Source: the human T2T-CHM13v2.0 reference genome, Homo sapiens. Taken from it: 64,000 nucleotides of DNA. Shown one piece after another: positions 63,230-64,000 of this stretch. Below the pieces are notes generated by a model. It searched no databases. It was given only the letters and a program-made list of their open reading frames with translations, and was not told where the DNA came from. Location: NCBI RefSeq assembly GCF_009914755.1, contig NC_060925.1; one strand, 5' to 3'. Within the stretch, counting starts at the first letter, position 1. Every line of letters begins with the position of its first letter. Made by a program: the position numbers and the translations under genes.

Positions 63230-64000
63230 GTTGGTCACAACTACCAAGGGGAGTGTTAGTCACCAGCGTGGGCCTCGCGCGGTGGCAGAGGGAAAGCCCT
63301 CGGGGCAGGAGCTGCAGGAGGGCCGCATGCGGAGGCTGGCTGGGCAAGAAGTGGAGGGCCTCACTCCGCCTCTCCTGGAGTCTCCAGGCTGGCAGGGCTA
63401 GAGCCTCTCTGCATCCGCCCCTGATCAGCGGGAAGATCTGCCAGTTCCGCAGGATCGGCTGCAACCCCCGACTCTCCAGGCTGGTCCACACAGAGGGATG
63501 TTTATCGAGAACAGTGGCGGGAAATCTTCTGCCTGGGAACCCCATGCGACCTGCGTGAGCCGCTCTGAGAAGGCAACCCGCAGAGCTTGACCTCTACTCG
63601 CTCCAGGGACTCCCCAGCCTCCAGCACCCCGCTGCCCGCACGGGGTTGAGGAGATTGGGAGGTTTCCTCTTCACTGTTGCATGGGGATGGGGGTGTGCGG
63701 GGAGGTGCATGTGGTCAGCTGGGAAGCCCAGCAGCGAGGCTTCCAGGGGTCGGAAGAGAGCGCGCGCGCGAGCCCCAGCCAGGCTGGGCTGCACGCGGCT
63801 GGGAAGCACATGTTCATACAAACACGACCACAAGGCGCTCTTTCTCCGCACCCTGCCTCCGCCTGCCCTCAGCTGACACGGTCAATTCTGTTCCTTGCCC
63901 TCCTCCCACCTAGCCTCCTGAGGGGCAGCCTCTCTGCAGAAGACTTCCACAGCCGCGTTCACCCTTCTCGCCCAGGGGCCAGAAGCAAACTTGTGTAACC
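63230..64000. promoter_or_regulatory. CpG island flank in intron 1, promoter-proximal to COL24A1
   Basis: Abrupt shift to high GC with many CpGs (e.g. gcgcgcgcg near 63760), not repeat-like. Its position upstream of exon 2 on the gene's strand fits a 5' island continuing beyond the window. Confidence 0.85.

Noticed and set aside
62942-63998. Multiple 76-134 aa ORFs in the CpG island as a possible exon 1 or novel gene
   Set aside because: None encodes the expected COL24A1 N-terminus, and open frames are expected at high GC. Exon 1 is probably just outside the window.

Overview
Human (or very close great-ape) genomic DNA, AT-rich and repeat-dense, covering the 5' part of COL24A1 (collagen XXIV alpha-1) on the minus strand. 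Five coding exons have GT-AG boundaries and join in frame: a 65-bp signal-peptide exon (54644-54708), a 1370-bp exon encoding the TSPN/LamG-like domain, the variable region and the start of Gly-X-Y (33372-34741), and three 54-bp collagen exons (23852-23905, 21093-21146, 808-861). From recall of the gene structure these are exons 2-6. Exon 1 should lie just past the right edge, where a CpG island begins (~63230). The introns contain L1s (two with twin-priming inversions), Alus, a solo LTR12 with an intact TSD, MER21, THE1, MLT1, MADE1, MER5 and Tigger4 elements, and MIR/L2 relics. I see no convincing new gene or new biological system. The most notable unexplained features are: a 32-bp-arm hairpin just upstream of the LTR12; inverted L1 copies flanking the large exon (circRNA-favouring); an antisense LTR12 promoter next to exon 5; a candidate Alu poison exon; and a three-level nested insertion (MER5 > Alu > L1PA2) with both TSDs intact. 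Repeat subfamily calls and boundaries of old repeats were made by eye and are approximate.
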